DNA from: Macrostomum lignano
Taxonomy: Eukaryota
NCBI GenBank assembly: GCA_002269645.1
Contig: NIVC01000382.1
Location: forward strand, 310,001-374,000
DNA: 64,000 nucleotides
Direction: 5' to 3'
Below are positions 39,626 through 52,487 of the stretch, in pieces; positions within the stretch are counted from its first letter, which is position 1, and every line of letters starts with the position of its first letter. The translations under genes were made by a program, and so were the position numbers. The notes below the pieces were generated by a model. That model saw only the letters and a program-made list of their open reading frames with translations, was not told where the DNA came from and made no database searches.

Positions 39626-41393
39626 GCTATCTGTCTGTCTGTCATTCACACCCTGAGTCCCCGCCCCCCACCCAGGTGATCTCCTACTTCGAGCCCGATC
39701 TGGAAGTGAAATTCGCTCGCATGGCAACCGGCGACGGCGGTCGAATCGGCTGCTTTGTTGAATTCTCGTGCCAGACTAGCATAGCTAAGGCGCTGGCCAT
39801 GTCCGGCGGGGTGATCAACGACGGTCCGGCTGTAGTGCAGCACGCCACCTGCGCTATCATCAAGCCGGCCACAATGTACGGAGTAGATCCGAAGACCAGC
39901 TTTTTCACCGAGAGTGCGCCTGGCAGCCGGCAAGCTGGCAGATCTTCGTCTAGGCGCAGTCGATCTAGGTTGGTTTGTGTTTGTGTTTGTGCGCGTATTA
40001 TCGGAATGTCAGAGACTTTAACCTGGGTGTCAAGGTGTCAAGGACTCATATTTTGTTGTCAAGGTCTCAGATTTGGTTGTCAAGTGCTCACATTTGGGTC
40101 TCAAGACCTCAGAGTTAGTTGTTAAGGTCTCAAAAGTGGGTCGTCAGGGTTTGTAATGTCTGTCAAGGGCTAAAATTTGGTTGTCAAGGCCTCAAATTGG
40201 ATGTCAAGGACTCAACTTGGATGTCAAGGACTCAAAGTTGGTTGTCAAGGCCTCAAATTGGATGTCAAGGACTCGAATATGGTTGTCAAGGGCTCAAATT
40301 TGGTTGTCAAAGCCTGAAATATTGTTCTCAAAGACTCAAATTTAGTTGCCACGAACTGAAAAATGGTTTTTCCGGGTCTCAAATTTGGTTGTCAAGGCCT
40401 AAAATATGGTTGTTATGGTTTAAAATTTGGTTTTCAAGGTTTTTAAATTTGGCAAATCAAAAATCAAAATCAAACTTCTATAATCGAAATTTTATCCCAA
40501 GAATTAAAAAAAGCCTGCTGCGAATCCTTAAACCCAGGTCCTCCAGACGCTCGCGCCACTCAGAGCGTCGTCGTTCGCGCTCGCGCCATAGTCACAGGCG
40601 CCGCTCGTCGCGCTCTCGTTCGCGTTCCCGTCGATCATCGCGCGACCGGGACCGGGATCGGGACCGGGACCGCAAGCGCAGCAGTCGCAGACGCAGCCGC
40701 GATAGGGATCGAGACCGGGACCGCGACAGGGACCGGGACCGGGACCGCGACAGGGACTCGCGCAAGCGGAAGCGCAGCCGCAGCCGAGACAAGCATCGGG
40801 ATAAGGACAAGGATCGGGACCGAGACCGGGACCGGGATCGGGATCGCGGCGACGGCGAGGGCGAGGCTGGTCGCACGACGAAATCGCGCAGTCGCAGTCG
40901 GAGCCGCGGTGGCAAGCGTCGGCATCGTCATCGTAGCCGGGACCGCGATAAGAATCGGGACCGGGATCGGGATCGCAAGCGGGACCGTGGCAAAGACGGC
41001 GATCAAGTTGAAGAATCGTCGTCTAACGCCGGCGGAGTCGCGGCAGGCGGCGCAACAGCTGACGAAGACACGAGAGGCAGCGCCGGTGACGGAGGCGGCG
41101 GCAGTCGTAACAGCAGCCGCAGCAGGAGCCGCAGCAACAGTTGCAGTCGCGGACCAACAGGCGAAGTCAAAACCGAGGACAGCGCTAAAGAAGAGGCCGG
41201 CAATGATAATAAAACTGAAGCTAGTAGCGCTGAACAGCAGAAAGAGACAGTTGCGGAAGTAGCTGAAGAGGCTAAGAACGAAGCTAGCGAGGAGAAAACC
41301 GAGGCCCAGCAGCAGCAAGAGCCGCAGGCGGAAGCGGAAGCGAAGGTAGAAGCTACGGAGTCTGCTAACGATTCCTCCATGGACACTTCGTAG
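38317..41393 (+). CDS. SREK1: SR-related splicing factor, SREK1/SRSF11 family (2 RRMs + RS/RD domain), 3 exons, about 583 aa
   Basis: Exons 38317-38919, 39676-39968, 40538-41393. Motifs VVQVTNISPQA, HLNNTVLLDRALIV, IPDE, IEEIRRTV and EVKFARMA...FVEF, then a long RS/RD tract. The start is uncertain: ATGs occur at 38269, 38278 and 38317; the last follows ctaac...tttgcag. SREK1 versus SRSF11 is not resolved. Confidence 0.85.
38930..39645. repeat. (TCTG)n/(ctgcatgt) microsatellite filling SREK1 intron 1
   Basis: Direct reading between the donor at 38920 and the acceptor at 39675. Confidence 0.95.
40015..40445. repeat. Degenerate ~22-bp repeat (tttggttgtcaaggnctcaaa) in SREK1 intron 2
   Basis: Recurrent gtcaagg...ctcaaa units. 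Confidence 0.8.
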
Positions 41394-41624
41394 ATCATGA
41401 AACATAAATAATTGATTGCCGGTGACAAATCAATGGTTGGACTGGCTAACAGTTGAGGGGGCCTATTACATATTCAGTTTGTATAGAGACATTCTCTGTG
41501 TGTTGTGTGTGAATGAATGTGCTGTTTTTTATATGAACTTAGTGAATAAAATAATATTGGTAAGAAACTAAATTTTGTTATTCCGTAAGTCCTTACTCTA
41601 AAAATTCTGAAATCTTTTCCGAAT

Positions 41625-42170
41625 TTTCAAAATGCCATTTCCCGAAGTTGAGAGATGCCATTTCCCGAAGTTGAGAGATGCCATTTCCCGAAGTTGAGAG
41701 ATGCCATTTCCCGAAGTTGAGAGATGCCATTTCCTAAATTTGAGAGATGCCATTTCCGAAGTTGAGAGATGCCATTTCCCGAAGTTGAGAGATGCCATCT
41801 CCTAAATTTGAGAGATGCCATTTCCTAAATTTGAGAGATGCCATTTCCGAAGTTGAGAGATGCCATTTCCCGAAGTTGAGAGATGCCATTTCCTAAATTT
41901 GAGAGATGCCATTTCCCGAAGTTGAGAGATGCCATTTCGTGAAATTGAGAGATGTCAGTTCCTGAAGTAGAGAGATGCCATTTCCTAAATTTGAGAGATG
42001 CCATTTCCTAAATTTGAGAGATGCCATTTCCTGAAGTTGAGATATGCCATTTCCCAAAGTTGAGAGATGCCATTTCCCAAAGTTGAGAGATGCTATTTCC
42101 TGAAGTTGAGATATGCCACTTCCCGAAGTTGAGAGATTCCATTTCCTGAAGTTGAGAGATGCCATTTTCA
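41625..42170. repeat. 23-bp minisatellite (gagatgccatttcccgaagttga)n
   Basis: Period 23 (41641, 41664, 41687). Confidence 0.93.
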
Positions 42171-42854
42171 AAGTTAAGAAATGCTTTTGAAATAAATTAC
42201 AGCTTCAAATTTATGTTAAAAATTGCTATCATTAATCAGCAATTTCAATTATTCATCATAGCTGCTAATCTAGTTTAGTTTAAGTCAAAGTGCATTGTAT
42301 GATAAAAATGCTTTTAAAAATATTCTTGTATTGTACAAGTGGACTGTTCTTAGAAGTATTGTTTTTGTAATATGCAGTGTAACCGCATTAATAATAATTA
42401 TTTTATTTCAAACATTTATATTAACAAATAATTGTTGTGCACATTATCATTCTTTTTTAATTAATACGCTATTGTTAGTTGTACCGCAGCGCATTGTTCT
42501 ACTCATCATAATCTTGTGCTCTAATTATAATTGAATATAATTAGTAAGCTAAGTAGAATAATTTAATTCAACAAAACAAATGCATGCCAAAATGCATAGT
42601 GAATAATCAGAAAGTACAGTAATGTCTGTCTTAATTTCGAAGTGTTAAAGTGCTGTTTCTATTATGTTAAGTAAACAATAGGACGACTCCAAATATATTA
42701 TATAAGCCTTCAACTAACGTCGATCAAATATGAGGGGTAATAAATGTTTATCTTAAAAACTATATTTTTAATTTGTCAATCTTTTTGTAGAAGTTTTAAT
42801 ATAGATAAGTTAATCCAATATCATGTTATTTTATCCCCAAATCGTACCTCCCAA

Positions 42855-43107
42855 TTGCTATGGAAACCATCTAGCCCAAATCCCCATGGAAACCATATCT
42901 ACCCCACATCCCCATGGAAACCATATCTACGCCACATCCCCACGGAAACCATATCTACCCCACATCCCCATGGAAACCATATCTACCCGGGTCCCCATGG
43001 AAACCATCTACCTCGCATATCTACTTATCTACCTATCTGTCTAACATCTACCTATCCATCTATCATCTATCTATCTACAACTTTGTATCTATCTATCTAT
43101 CCATCTG

Positions 43108-43151
<44 letters not shown>

Positions 43152-43207
43152 ATCTATCTATCTAATCTATCTATCTAATCTATCTATCTAATCTATCTAT
43201 CCATCTG

Positions 43208-43271
<64 letters not shown>

Positions 43272-43285
43272 ATCTATCTATCTAC
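42855..43285. repeat. 28-bp repeat (ccccatggaaaccatatctaccccacat) followed by (TATC)n
   Basis: 28-bp units at about 42855-43010 and a TATC microsatellite at about 43015-43285. One more partial 28-bp-like unit lies just before the PEX12 ATG. Confidence 0.88.
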
Positions 43286-43387
43286 ACATCTACCCCAAAT
43301 ACTCCACACATAGTCCATATCTACCCTTCATCCCCATGGAGACAATGTGCATATCGGTAAGGAAACATACAAATAAAAAATGCATGC

Positions 43388-44482
43388 ATGGCTGATGACG
43401 CAATCGCCAACCAGCCTGACGTTGCCGCCGCCTCCACGGCAGTCCGGCCCAGTGTGTTTGATTTATTAGCAGCCGATCAGCTGTCGAGCTTATTACAGCC
43501 GGCATTCGATCATCTGTTAACATCAGTAGCCAGTTGGCTTACTACCGCTAATAATGACAATGAGGACCAGCCTACTGACGCTAGTAGTAGACCTAGAATA
43601 TTAATTCTTCACCGTCTGGCCGATTGGTTAGTTCGCCATCGACGCGTCGCATTCGCTTTGTTGTCGATTTGCGTCGAAATCTACTGTCTAAGACGCAGAG
43701 GCGCCACATTTGCTGAGAATTTCTATTCACTTCGTAGGCGTCGAGTTGCTGATGGTGGAGTCGCATTAACTGCTAGGCTAGTTGTTATGTCGCTGTTTAC
43801 ATCCACAGTCGTTCCCATGGTAACTAGATGGCTGTCCGAGCTGTACGAAGAATGGGCCGAACGGTCTATCGTTGAAGAATCGGACTCTGATACTTTGGGT
43901 TCGACTATAAGAAAACAATTTTTAACTTGTCTCGTCAAAGTTTATCCTCGAGCTAGAGCTGTATTGTTGCTTAGCAACGCGGCTTTACTATTCGGCTACC
44001 TAACTGAACGAGTCGATCGGCATAGATTAGAACACGTTCTAGCCGGTGTTAGGCTAAGCTGTCAAATTGATCATCCAATTGATGAAGAAGCTAATGGAAG
44101 AGTCGGCTTGCGTTACTGGGCTAGTCAGGCGTTGAGTCACGGAGTAACATTGGGCATGTTCTTCTTGCAGTTCTACCAGTCCAGAGTTGATAGCGATGGC
44201 CATTCGTCCAGTGCTTCGGCGGCGGCTGCTGCACCGTCACCTTATCTTGGCGCCGTGTCGATTCCTCCGCCGCCGAGGCGGCATCCGGCATCCGACCATG
44301 TCGATCCTCGATTGTGCCCCATGTGCAAACGACCGAGGCGTAATCCTTGCGCTTTAACCACTTCCGGTCACGTGTTCTGTTTCGCGTGTATTCACAGTCA
44401 TCTGGCTGGGAATGGAAGCGCTGGAAAGTGTCCAGTAACTGGTGTACCATCGAGTATTCGGCATATTGTTCGACTGTTGTGA
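43388..44482 (+). CDS. PEX12: Peroxin-12 (peroxisomal RING E3 subunit), 364 aa, intronless CDS
   Basis: N-terminal PSVFDLLAADQLSSLLQPA, ATFAENFYSLRR, FFLQFY, PPPP, and the degenerate RING CPMC...SGHVFCFACI...KCPVTG. Confidence 0.93.
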   Translation: MADDAIANQPDVAAASTAVRPSVFDLLAADQLSSLLQPAFDHLLTSVASWLTTANNDNEDQPTDASSRPRILILHRLADWLVRHRRVAFALLSICVEIYCLRRRGATFAENFYSLRRRRVADGGVALTARLVVMSLFTSTVVPMVTRWLSELYEEWAERSIVEESDSDTLGSTIRKQFLTCLVKVYPRARAVLLLSNAALLFGYLTERVDRHRLEHVLAGVRLSCQIDHPIDEEANGRVGLRYWASQALSHGVTLGMFFLQFYQSRVDSDGHSSSASAAAAAPSPYLGAVSIPPPPRRHPASDHVDPRLCPMCKRPRRNPCALTTSGHVFCFACIHSHLAGNGSAGKCPVTGVPSSIRHIVRLL

Positions 44483-44569
44483 TGCTGTTTATGACGGGCT
44501 GTAGATTTTAACAAGTAGCTTAGCTTAGCTATAAGATATTATTGTGCTTAACTGCTCTATTAGTTATTG

Positions 44570-44695
44570 CCTGACAAGTTAGTCTATAGACAGTCCACTA
44601 TCCTATGACCGATTAGTCTATAGACAGTCTGCACCCTATGACCGATTAGCCTATAGATCAATCTGTACCCTATGACCGATTAGTGTATTAGACCT
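44570..44695. repeat. Short degenerate array of ccctatgaccgattag units, related to the 29-bp array at 46788
   Basis: ctatgaccgattag occurs 3 times with similar spacers. Confidence 0.75.
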
Positions 44696-45182
44696 GTTTG
44701 ATTATCAGTCACTTTAGAGACCTAATTAATAATCTTTATTATCGTCAAGATCGTAAATCGAGACAATTATTTCTACTTATAGCCTAACTGTTTAAATTGC
44801 CCTGGGTGTTGTACCTGACCTGACTTTGTGTACTTTTAGTGCACGCGTGTATCTGTATGTAGTGTTATTTGCAATTTTATGTATTTACATTTTTAATAAT
44901 TTAACAATTTGATTTTCTTGTTCAATTAATTGTTTGTGACATTTCCCATATCTATGCTGTACATACAAAATTAACATTTTAAATTGAGTTATAGAATTTG
45001 TATATCTGCAGTCGTTTTATTCAATTGATTCATTCGCAACATAATCATGCGTCCAAAGTGGCCAATATGGATCAATATTTTAAGCGCTTTCAACTTGGAA
45101 GCGTAATTAATTGGCAGACTACGTGTTTCGTTCCTTTTAAAATTATTTTCTTCATTTTTGTGAGACAAACTGTGTGGTTTTG

Positions 45183-46035
45183 AGAATCGCCCTTAAACCC
45201 CTTCCAAGAATCGCCCTTAAACCCCCTCTAAGAATCGCCCTTAGAAACCCATTCTAAGAATCTCCCTTAAGCCCCTTCTAAGAATCGCCCTGTAAACCCC
45301 TCTAAAAATGGCCCTTAAACCCCTTCTAAGAATCACCCTTAAACCCCCTCCAAGAATCGCCCTTAAACCCCCTCCAAGAATCATCCTTAAACCCCCTCCA
45401 AGAATCACCCTTAAACCCCCTCCAAGAATCACCCTTAAACCCCTTCGAAGAATCACCCTTAAACCCCCTCCAAGAATCACCCTTAAACCCCTTCGAAGAA
45501 TCACCCTTAAACCCCCTCCAAGAATCACCCTTAAACCCCTTCGAAGAATCACCCTTAAACCCCCTCCAAGAATCACCCTTAAACCCCTTCGAAGAATCAC
45601 CCTTAAACCCCCTCCAAGAATCACCCTTAAACCCCTTCGAAGAATCACCCTTAAACCCCCTCCAAGAATCACCCTTAAACCCCTTCGAAGAATCATCCTT
45701 AAACCCCCTCCAAGAATCGCCCTTAAACCCCTCTAAGAATCCCCCTTAAGCCCCTTCTAAAAATCCCCCTTAAGCCCCTTCTAAAAATCCCCCTTAAGCC
45801 CCTTCTAAGAATCCCCCTTAAGCCCCTTCTAAGAATCCCCTTAAGCCCCTTCTAAGAATCGCCCTGTAAACCCCTCTAAAAATGGCCCTTAAACCCCTTC
45901 CAAGAATCACCCTTAAACCGCCTCCAAGAATCACCCTTAAACCGCCTCCAAGAATCACCCTTAAACCCCCTCTAAGAATCCCCCTTAAACCCCTTCTAAG
46001 AATCCCCCTTAAACCCCTGCTAAGAATGGCCCTTA
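45183..46035. repeat. 24-bp minisatellite (agaatcacccttaaaccccctcca)n
   Basis: Period 24 (an 8-aa repeat in the ORF track). Confidence 0.95.
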
Positions 46036-46081
46036 AACATTCACTATATTCCAGCGTGAATCGCCAAGCCCTGCAGTTGCC

Positions 46082-46546
46082 ATGGCTACCCCATCGTCAA
46101 GCGATCAGCAACAGCAGCAACAACAGCAGCAAGACAGATTCCAACAGTTACAAGACGAACTGTGCGCCCTAATAGAAAACTGCTGGGAAGCCGGCATAAT
46201 GGTGTGCAACTATCAGCCTCACGTCAATCTTCAGCACAAGATGGACTTCCTAGTGAATCGTTTGAACTCTTTAGACCGGGCCAAAGCTCAAGTTGCCGAC
46301 GTTCAAGTCCCACTAGCCGTGTTAAAGTACATTGACGAAGGTCGCAATCCTCATCTGTACACTAGGCATTGTTTAGAAACTGCTCTACAAAGAAACGAAG
46401 AGGTTAAAGGCAAAATTGAGAATGTTAGTCGGTTTCGTACTCTGCTATTGGCCGAACTGTCTCAGGCTTTTGAGCAGGATATGAGCAGGTATAGAAGTCT
46501 CAGGGCCGATCCAACTCCGCCGCATCCACCTAGGACTGACGAGTAG
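46082..46546 (+). CDS. MED10: Mediator subunit 10, 154 aa, intronless CDS
   Basis: VPLAVLKYIDEGRNPHLYTRHCLETALQRNEEVKGKIE...FRTLLLAELSQAF matches the MED10/Nut2 family. Confidence 0.95.
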   Translation: MATPSSSDQQQQQQQQQDRFQQLQDELCALIENCWEAGIMVCNYQPHVNLQHKMDFLVNRLNSLDRAKAQVADVQVPLAVLKYIDEGRNPHLYTRHCLETALQRNEEVKGKIENVSRFRTLLLAELSQAFEQDMSRYRSLRADPTPPHPPRTDE

Positions 46547-46787
46547 TGATGCTCGCCTTTTCTTTGTAACAATAATTTAATCATTGACAATTTATTATTT
46601 GCAACTGTTGTTACCTGTACGACGTATATTAGTAATTGTACTCTTTATTATAACCTTATAAGCTTAAGTGTTTCATTATGTTGCTTTGTAATTTCTTTGA
46701 GAATACGTGTTAAAAATTACGTTAAAGTAATTCGATTCTTTTATTTTAATATACTATTGATTAACAGTAGGAATTAGGCCGATTTGT

Positions 46788-48097
46788 CTGCAGTCAGCTA
46801 TACCCTATGACCGATTATTCTGTGGGCTATACCCTATGACCGATTATTCTGTAGGCTGTACCCTATGACCGATTATTCTGTAGGCTATACCCTATGACCG
46901 ATTATTCTGTAGGCTATACCCTATGACCGATTATTCTGCGGGCTATACCCTATGACCGATTATTCTGTAGGCTGTACCCTATGACCGATTAGTCTGTAGG
47001 CTATACCCTATGACCGATTATTCTGTGGGCTATACCCTATGACCGATTATTCTGTAGGCTATACCCTATGACCGATTATTCTGTAGGCTATACCCTATGA
47101 CCGATTATTCTGTGGGCTATACCCTATGACCGATTATTCTGTGGGCTATACCCTATGACCGATTATTCTGTGGGCTATACCCTATGACCGATTATTCTGT
47201 GGGCTATACCCTATGACCGATTATTCTGTGGGCTATACCCTATGACCGATTATTCTGTGGGCTATACCCTATGACCGATTATTCTGTAGGCTATACCCTA
47301 TGACCGATTATTCTGTAGGCTATACCCTATGACCGATTATTCTGTAGGCTATACCCTATGACCGATTATTCTGTAGGCTGTACCCTATGACCGATTATTT
47401 TGTAGGCTATACCCTATGACCGATTATTCTGTAGGCTATACCCTATGACCGATTATTCTGTAGGCTGTACCCTATGACCGATTATTTTGTAGGCTATACC
47501 CTATGACCGATTATTCTGTAGGCTATACCCTATGACCGATTATTCTGTAGGCTATACCCTATGACCGATTATTCTGTAGGCTATACCCTATGACCGATTA
47601 TTCTGTAGGCTGTACCCTATGACCGATTATTCTGTAGGCTGTACCCTATGACCGATTATTCTGTAGGCTATACCCTATGACCGATTAGTCTGTAGGCTAT
47701 ACCCTATGACCGATTATTCTGTAGGCTATACACTATGACCGATTAGTCTGTAGGCTATACCCTATGACCGATTATTCTGTAGGCTGTACCCTATGACCGA
47801 TTATTCTGTCGGCTATACACTATGACCGATTAGTCTGTAGGCTATACCCTATGACCGATTATTCTGTAGGCTATACCCTACAACCGATTATTCTTTAGGC
47901 TGTACCCTATGACCAATTATTCTGTAGGCTACACCCTATGACCAATTATTCTGTAGGCTGTACCCTATGACCAATTATTCTGTAGGCTGTACCCTATGAC
48001 CAATTATTCTGTAGGCTGTACCCTATGACCAATTATTCTGTAGGCTGTACCCTATGACCAATTATTCTGTAGGCTGTACCTTATGACCGATTATTCT
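46788..48097. repeat. 29-bp minisatellite (ccctatgaccgattattctgtaggctata)n
   Basis: Period 29. The last unit overlaps the first ATG of the NUB1 ORF. Confidence 0.96.
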
Positions 48098-51000
48098 TCA
48101 CTTCAGGAGGAGCAGGAACTGTTGCATAAACTGCGCCAAGCATTGCGCAGCCGCGCTATAAAACTATGGGAGCCGCCGTACACCTCGCCAGACTCAGGTT
48201 CTGCGCCTGACGCAGCCAGCATGCAATCTCTCGCGGAATCTTTGTCGCAGAATCTGCGTCTTTGTCCGTCGGCTTGCGCAGCGGCGCTAGAGAATCTGCG
48301 TCAACAGACGCTAGATAATGCAGAATCGTTGGCGCATTTCAGGGCTACTCAAGAGGCTACGCTGAAGGTTCGCCTGCCGCGTGGACAGAATCCCCAGTTG
48401 CTGAGGATTCGATGCAGTCTGCAATCGACCGGCTATCAGTTTAAATCCTTAATTGTTGCCAGGGCACCTCAGCTGTCTATGGCCGGGGTTAGCCTCATCT
48501 GCAATGGTCGAGTGCTTGAAGACGCTCTGTCCCTTGGTAGGTTGGGGGGATGGGGGAATTGTGTGATTTATGAATTGGGGATTTATGCAATTCATGATTT
48601 GGGGAATTATGTGATTTATGATTTGAGGAATTATACGAATTATGATTTGGGGAATTATGCGATTTATGATGGCCATAATTATGCGATTGATTATTGGGGA
48701 ATAATGCGATTTATGATCGGGGAATTATGGGATTTATGATCGGGGAGTTATTCGATTGATTATTGGGGAATAATGCGATTTATGATCGGGGAATTATTCG
48801 ATTTATGATCGGGAATTATGCAATTTCTGATCGGGAAATTATAAAATTTATGATTGGAGAGATTATTCGATTTATGATCAGGGAATTATGCAATTTATGA
48901 TCGGGGAATTATGCAATTTATGATCGGGGAATTATGCGATTTATGAACGTCTAATTATGCGATTTATGATCGGGAAATTATGAAATTTATGATTAGGAAA
49001 TTATGAAATTTATGATAAGGGTTATTACAAAGTTTTTTTAGAAATTTATATAATTTTTGGTTAGATAATTATGCAGTTTTTGGATGCGGTAATAAATTTG
49101 AATTTGATTTAATTAAAATTTTGATTAAATAAATTATTTTGATTAAAAAAACGTGAGGAGCAAATCAACAATATAAATTACAATTGAGTAACAATTCCCA
49201 TACAGGCAACCAAGGTGTGCAGCACAACAACAGCCTGATGCTGCTGATGCGCGCTACTACAGACGATGTGCAGAATTTGCGCGCATCAGCCGACGATGCC
49301 GACGCATTGCGCGAGGCCGAGACCGAGGCTGGCCTGCTGGCTGGGGAGGAAGACGACGGATTGGGCTCTGCAGGCGGCGGCTCTGCCGCTCTACACGTTA
49401 CTAATCAGCGAGGAGAGAAGATTAACTTGCCTAGAGAGCATCGGAAAGCTCTTTACTATGCCATGATTCTGGGAGAGAAGGTTCGTACTTATTTATCTAC
49501 CTTTTCAGTGTACCATCAAGTTTTCCTTCTAATAATCTCCCAAATATTCCCCTTAATAATCTCCCCAATATTCCCCTTAGTAATCTCCCTAATATTCCCC
49601 TTACTTATCTCCCCAATACTCCTAGCAATAATCTCCCCAATATTTCCCCTCCCCAATATTCCCCTTAATTTCCCAATATTTTCCTTAGTAATCTCCCTAA
49701 TATTCCCCTTAATTTCCCCAACATTCCCGATAGTAATCTCCCTAATATTCCCCTTACTTATCTCCCCAATACTCCTAGCAATAATCTCCCCAATATTTCC
49801 CCTCCCCAATATTCCCCTTAGTAATCTCCCCAATATATCAATTAGTCTTGCCGCATCCTCCCACGCACACGCAGGGCAAGGCGGCTCTCCGATCGAACCA
49901 GCACGGTCGAGCACTTGTTCTGCTCCTAGCAGCCGATGAAGCCTTCAATCGGGTAGACAGGAGCCTGCTGGACAGAGTGGACAACCACGCACTGCTACAG
50001 CTGGACACGGTCTGGTGCTACCTGTGCCTGGGTCGGCTGGACGAACTGGGCGACGCCTGGGACAGACTGGGCCTGGCTGAGAGGGCGCTGGTGAAGGCCT
50101 ACGGAGAGCAATTGGAACGCGTGGAGGCTGTGAAAGGTTTGCTGGTCTGCTTTTTTATTACTTTTTTATAATACATGATTAAGTACTACGAGTACTTATT
50201 AGGTAGATGGCTATCTTTATTAGCTAGGATACTCTCAAATCCTATCTCAGAACCTGGTGACTTCGGATACTCTCAAATCCCAATTTCACATCCCATCTCA
50301 GAACCAGGTGGCTTAGGGTACTCTCAAATCCCAATTTCAAATCCCATCTCAAAACCAGGTGGCTTATGAAACTCTCAAATCCCAATTTCAAATCCCATCT
50401 CAGAACCTGGTGACTTCGGATACTCTCAAATCCCAATTTCAAATCCCATCTTAGAACCTGGTGACTTCGGATACTCTCAAATCCCAATTTCAAATCCCAT
50501 CGCAGAACCTGGTGACTTCGGATACTCTCAAATCCCAATTTCAAATCCCATCTTAGAACCTGGTGACTTCGGATACTCTCAAATCCCAATTTCACATCCC
50601 ATCTCAGAACCAGGTGGCTTAGGGTACTCTCAAATCCCAATTTCAAATCCCATCTCAAAACCAGGTGGCTTATGAAACTCTCGAATCCCAATTTCAAATC
50701 CCATCTCAGAACCTGGTGACTTCGGATACTCTCAAATCCCAATTTCAAATCCCATCTTAGAACCTGGTGACTTCGGATACTCTCAAATCCCAATTTCACA
50801 TCCCATCTCAGAACCTGGTGACTTCGGATACTCTCAAATCCCAGTTTCACATCCCATCTCAGAATCCCAAATTTCACATCCCATCTCAGAATCCCAATCT
50901 TCGAAGCCAATCAATCCCAAAGCTTAATGCTCTGAATTTTCAGGCACATCAGCAGGCGGCGAGCGAATCCATCTGCTCAGACTGCACCTGCTCAAAGCAA

Positions 51001-52397
51001 TGTGCTGCTTCTACAGCAATCGGCTGGAAGAGGCGGCTACAGAAGCCCGGCTCGCTTCGGCCGAGCTGGACAAACTGGCGGTGGATGACGCCGGGCTGAG
51101 CAGCCTCATGGGAATGGGATTCAGCCTGCTCGAATCCCGGCTAGCTCTGCGCCACTGCGCCAATGATACTCAAGCGGCCATCAATTGGATTGTTGCTAGG
51201 CGCGAACGGCAGCGAACTCAAGCTGCCGAGCGTAAATTGCAGCGTCGTTTAGGTTACCTTGACGACGGCGAGACTCGAGTATCGGCTGCTAGTTGTCTGC
51301 GACTCACTGAGATGGGCTATTTGGAGTCCCACGCGCACGAGGCTCTGGTGCTTACTAGGAATAGCATTGACGCAGCTCTGACTCTGCTACAGGATGACCA
51401 GGATAGGCTGCAGGTGATTTTGGGGATTCTATCGGTTTGGCGATTTTAGGGGTTTTATTATCGTTTTGGGATCTGGGGGGTTTCATCATTTTGGATTTAG
51501 GATTTGATCATTTCGGTATTTAGGGATTTTTCACTTGGGGATTTCATCATTCCCGAAATTTGGGGGATTTTGAAGATTCTTCCATCTTGAGATTTTAGGG
51601 ATTTTTTCATTTCGGGATTTTTTGGAGTTTTACCATTTCAGGATTCTTGAGGACTTTATCGTTTCGGGATTTTACGGAATTTTATCATTTCGGGATTTTA
51701 GGGATTTTTCATTTCGTGAGTTCGTGAATTTTCAATTCTATGCTTATTTTGGATTCTAGAATTTAGGAAATTTACAATTCTCTACTTAACATCATTATTA
51801 ATCTTCCTTTCCGCGCAGACCCTGGCAGATCAGCGCTACAATTCGCGCCTGCAGCTGGTACTGGACACTGCCACCTCATCCGGAATCGCCTCAGCCGATG
51901 CTCAGCGCATGTCTAGCAAGTTGTGCCGTTTGATTGGGGCCAAGCTTGAAGCCTTGAACCGCCGACAGCAGCGCGACCCGACTGGCAATCATAGTCTGAA
52001 AGCGCAACAGCTGCTAATTGGCTGCATCGATGAACTGCTAGAAGACGAACAGCAGCAAAAGCAGACTAGCGAAGCTTCGGATGCTTCTCCGTCTTCTGCT
52101 GCCGCCAGTTCCTCTGTCCCTTCATCGCTGGCGTCTTGGACAACAACGGATTCAGACGAAGGCGAGGCCGCTACAGCTCTGGCTGCGAAAATTCGTCGAG
52201 TTGAACAGGAAAAAGAAACGGCCGAAGCCGCCTCGCCTGACGCTGCGGCATTGCGCGAAGCGTCTCAACGTCAGCGCAAAGCGTTGGACAAACTGCGCGA
52301 CGAGGTTGGCGATCAAGACGAAGAGGCCTATTTGGATTCCGACCTGCAAGAGGAGAGACGGCAGCTAGACCGTCTATTGGCAATGCTTGACAATTGA
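48083..52397 (+). CDS. NUB1: NEDD8 ultimate buster 1 (UBL + UBA domains), 5 exons, about 672-679 aa
   Basis: Exons 48083(or 48107)-48536, 49206-49480, 49875-50136, 50944-51413, 51819-52397, all GT-AG and in frame. Motifs IKLWEPPYT, LLAADEAF, LLDRVDNHALLQLDTVWCY, LRLHLL, and the UBAs LMGMGFS...SRLALR and LTEMGY. Confidence 0.9.
48091..48106 (+). promoter_or_regulatory. Candidate trans-splice acceptor of NUB1 (ttattcttcacttcag)
   Basis: Pyrimidine-rich tract ending in AG. The next base (48107) starts a codon of the conserved NUB1 frame. No obvious upstream cis exon was found. Confidence 0.55.
48545..49020. repeat. Degenerate ~22-bp repeat (gggaattatgcgatttatgatc) in NUB1 intron 1
   Basis: Recurrent units visible. 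Confidence 0.85.
49520..49835. repeat. C/T-rich repeat (aatctccccaatattcccctt) in NUB1 intron 2
   Basis: Recurrent units with a longer duplicated block. Confidence 0.85.
50235..50905. repeat. 51-bp minisatellite in NUB1 intron 3
   Basis: 17-aa periodicity in the minus-strand ORF. The unit is approximately ctctcaaatcccaatttcaaatcccatctcagaacctggtgacttcggata. Confidence 0.92.
51420..51780. repeat. Degenerate repeat (tcatttcgggatttt) in NUB1 intron 4
   Basis: Recurrent catttcgggatttt motif. Confidence 0.65.
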
Positions 52398-52487
52398 TTT
52401 TGGGATAATGCTCTGTAACTGATTTGAATATATCTGGGCAAACGTCGTCATGAAAATTTAAGCAGCTGGGGCCGTAAGGGTTTCGTC

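Noticed and set aside
40592-41428. Minus-strand ORFs opposite the SREK1 RS domain, and shadow ORFs over PCYT1 exon 3, PEX12, NUB1 and UPF2 exon 10
   Set aside because: These are antisense or alternative-frame shadows of GC-rich, low-complexity coding exons.
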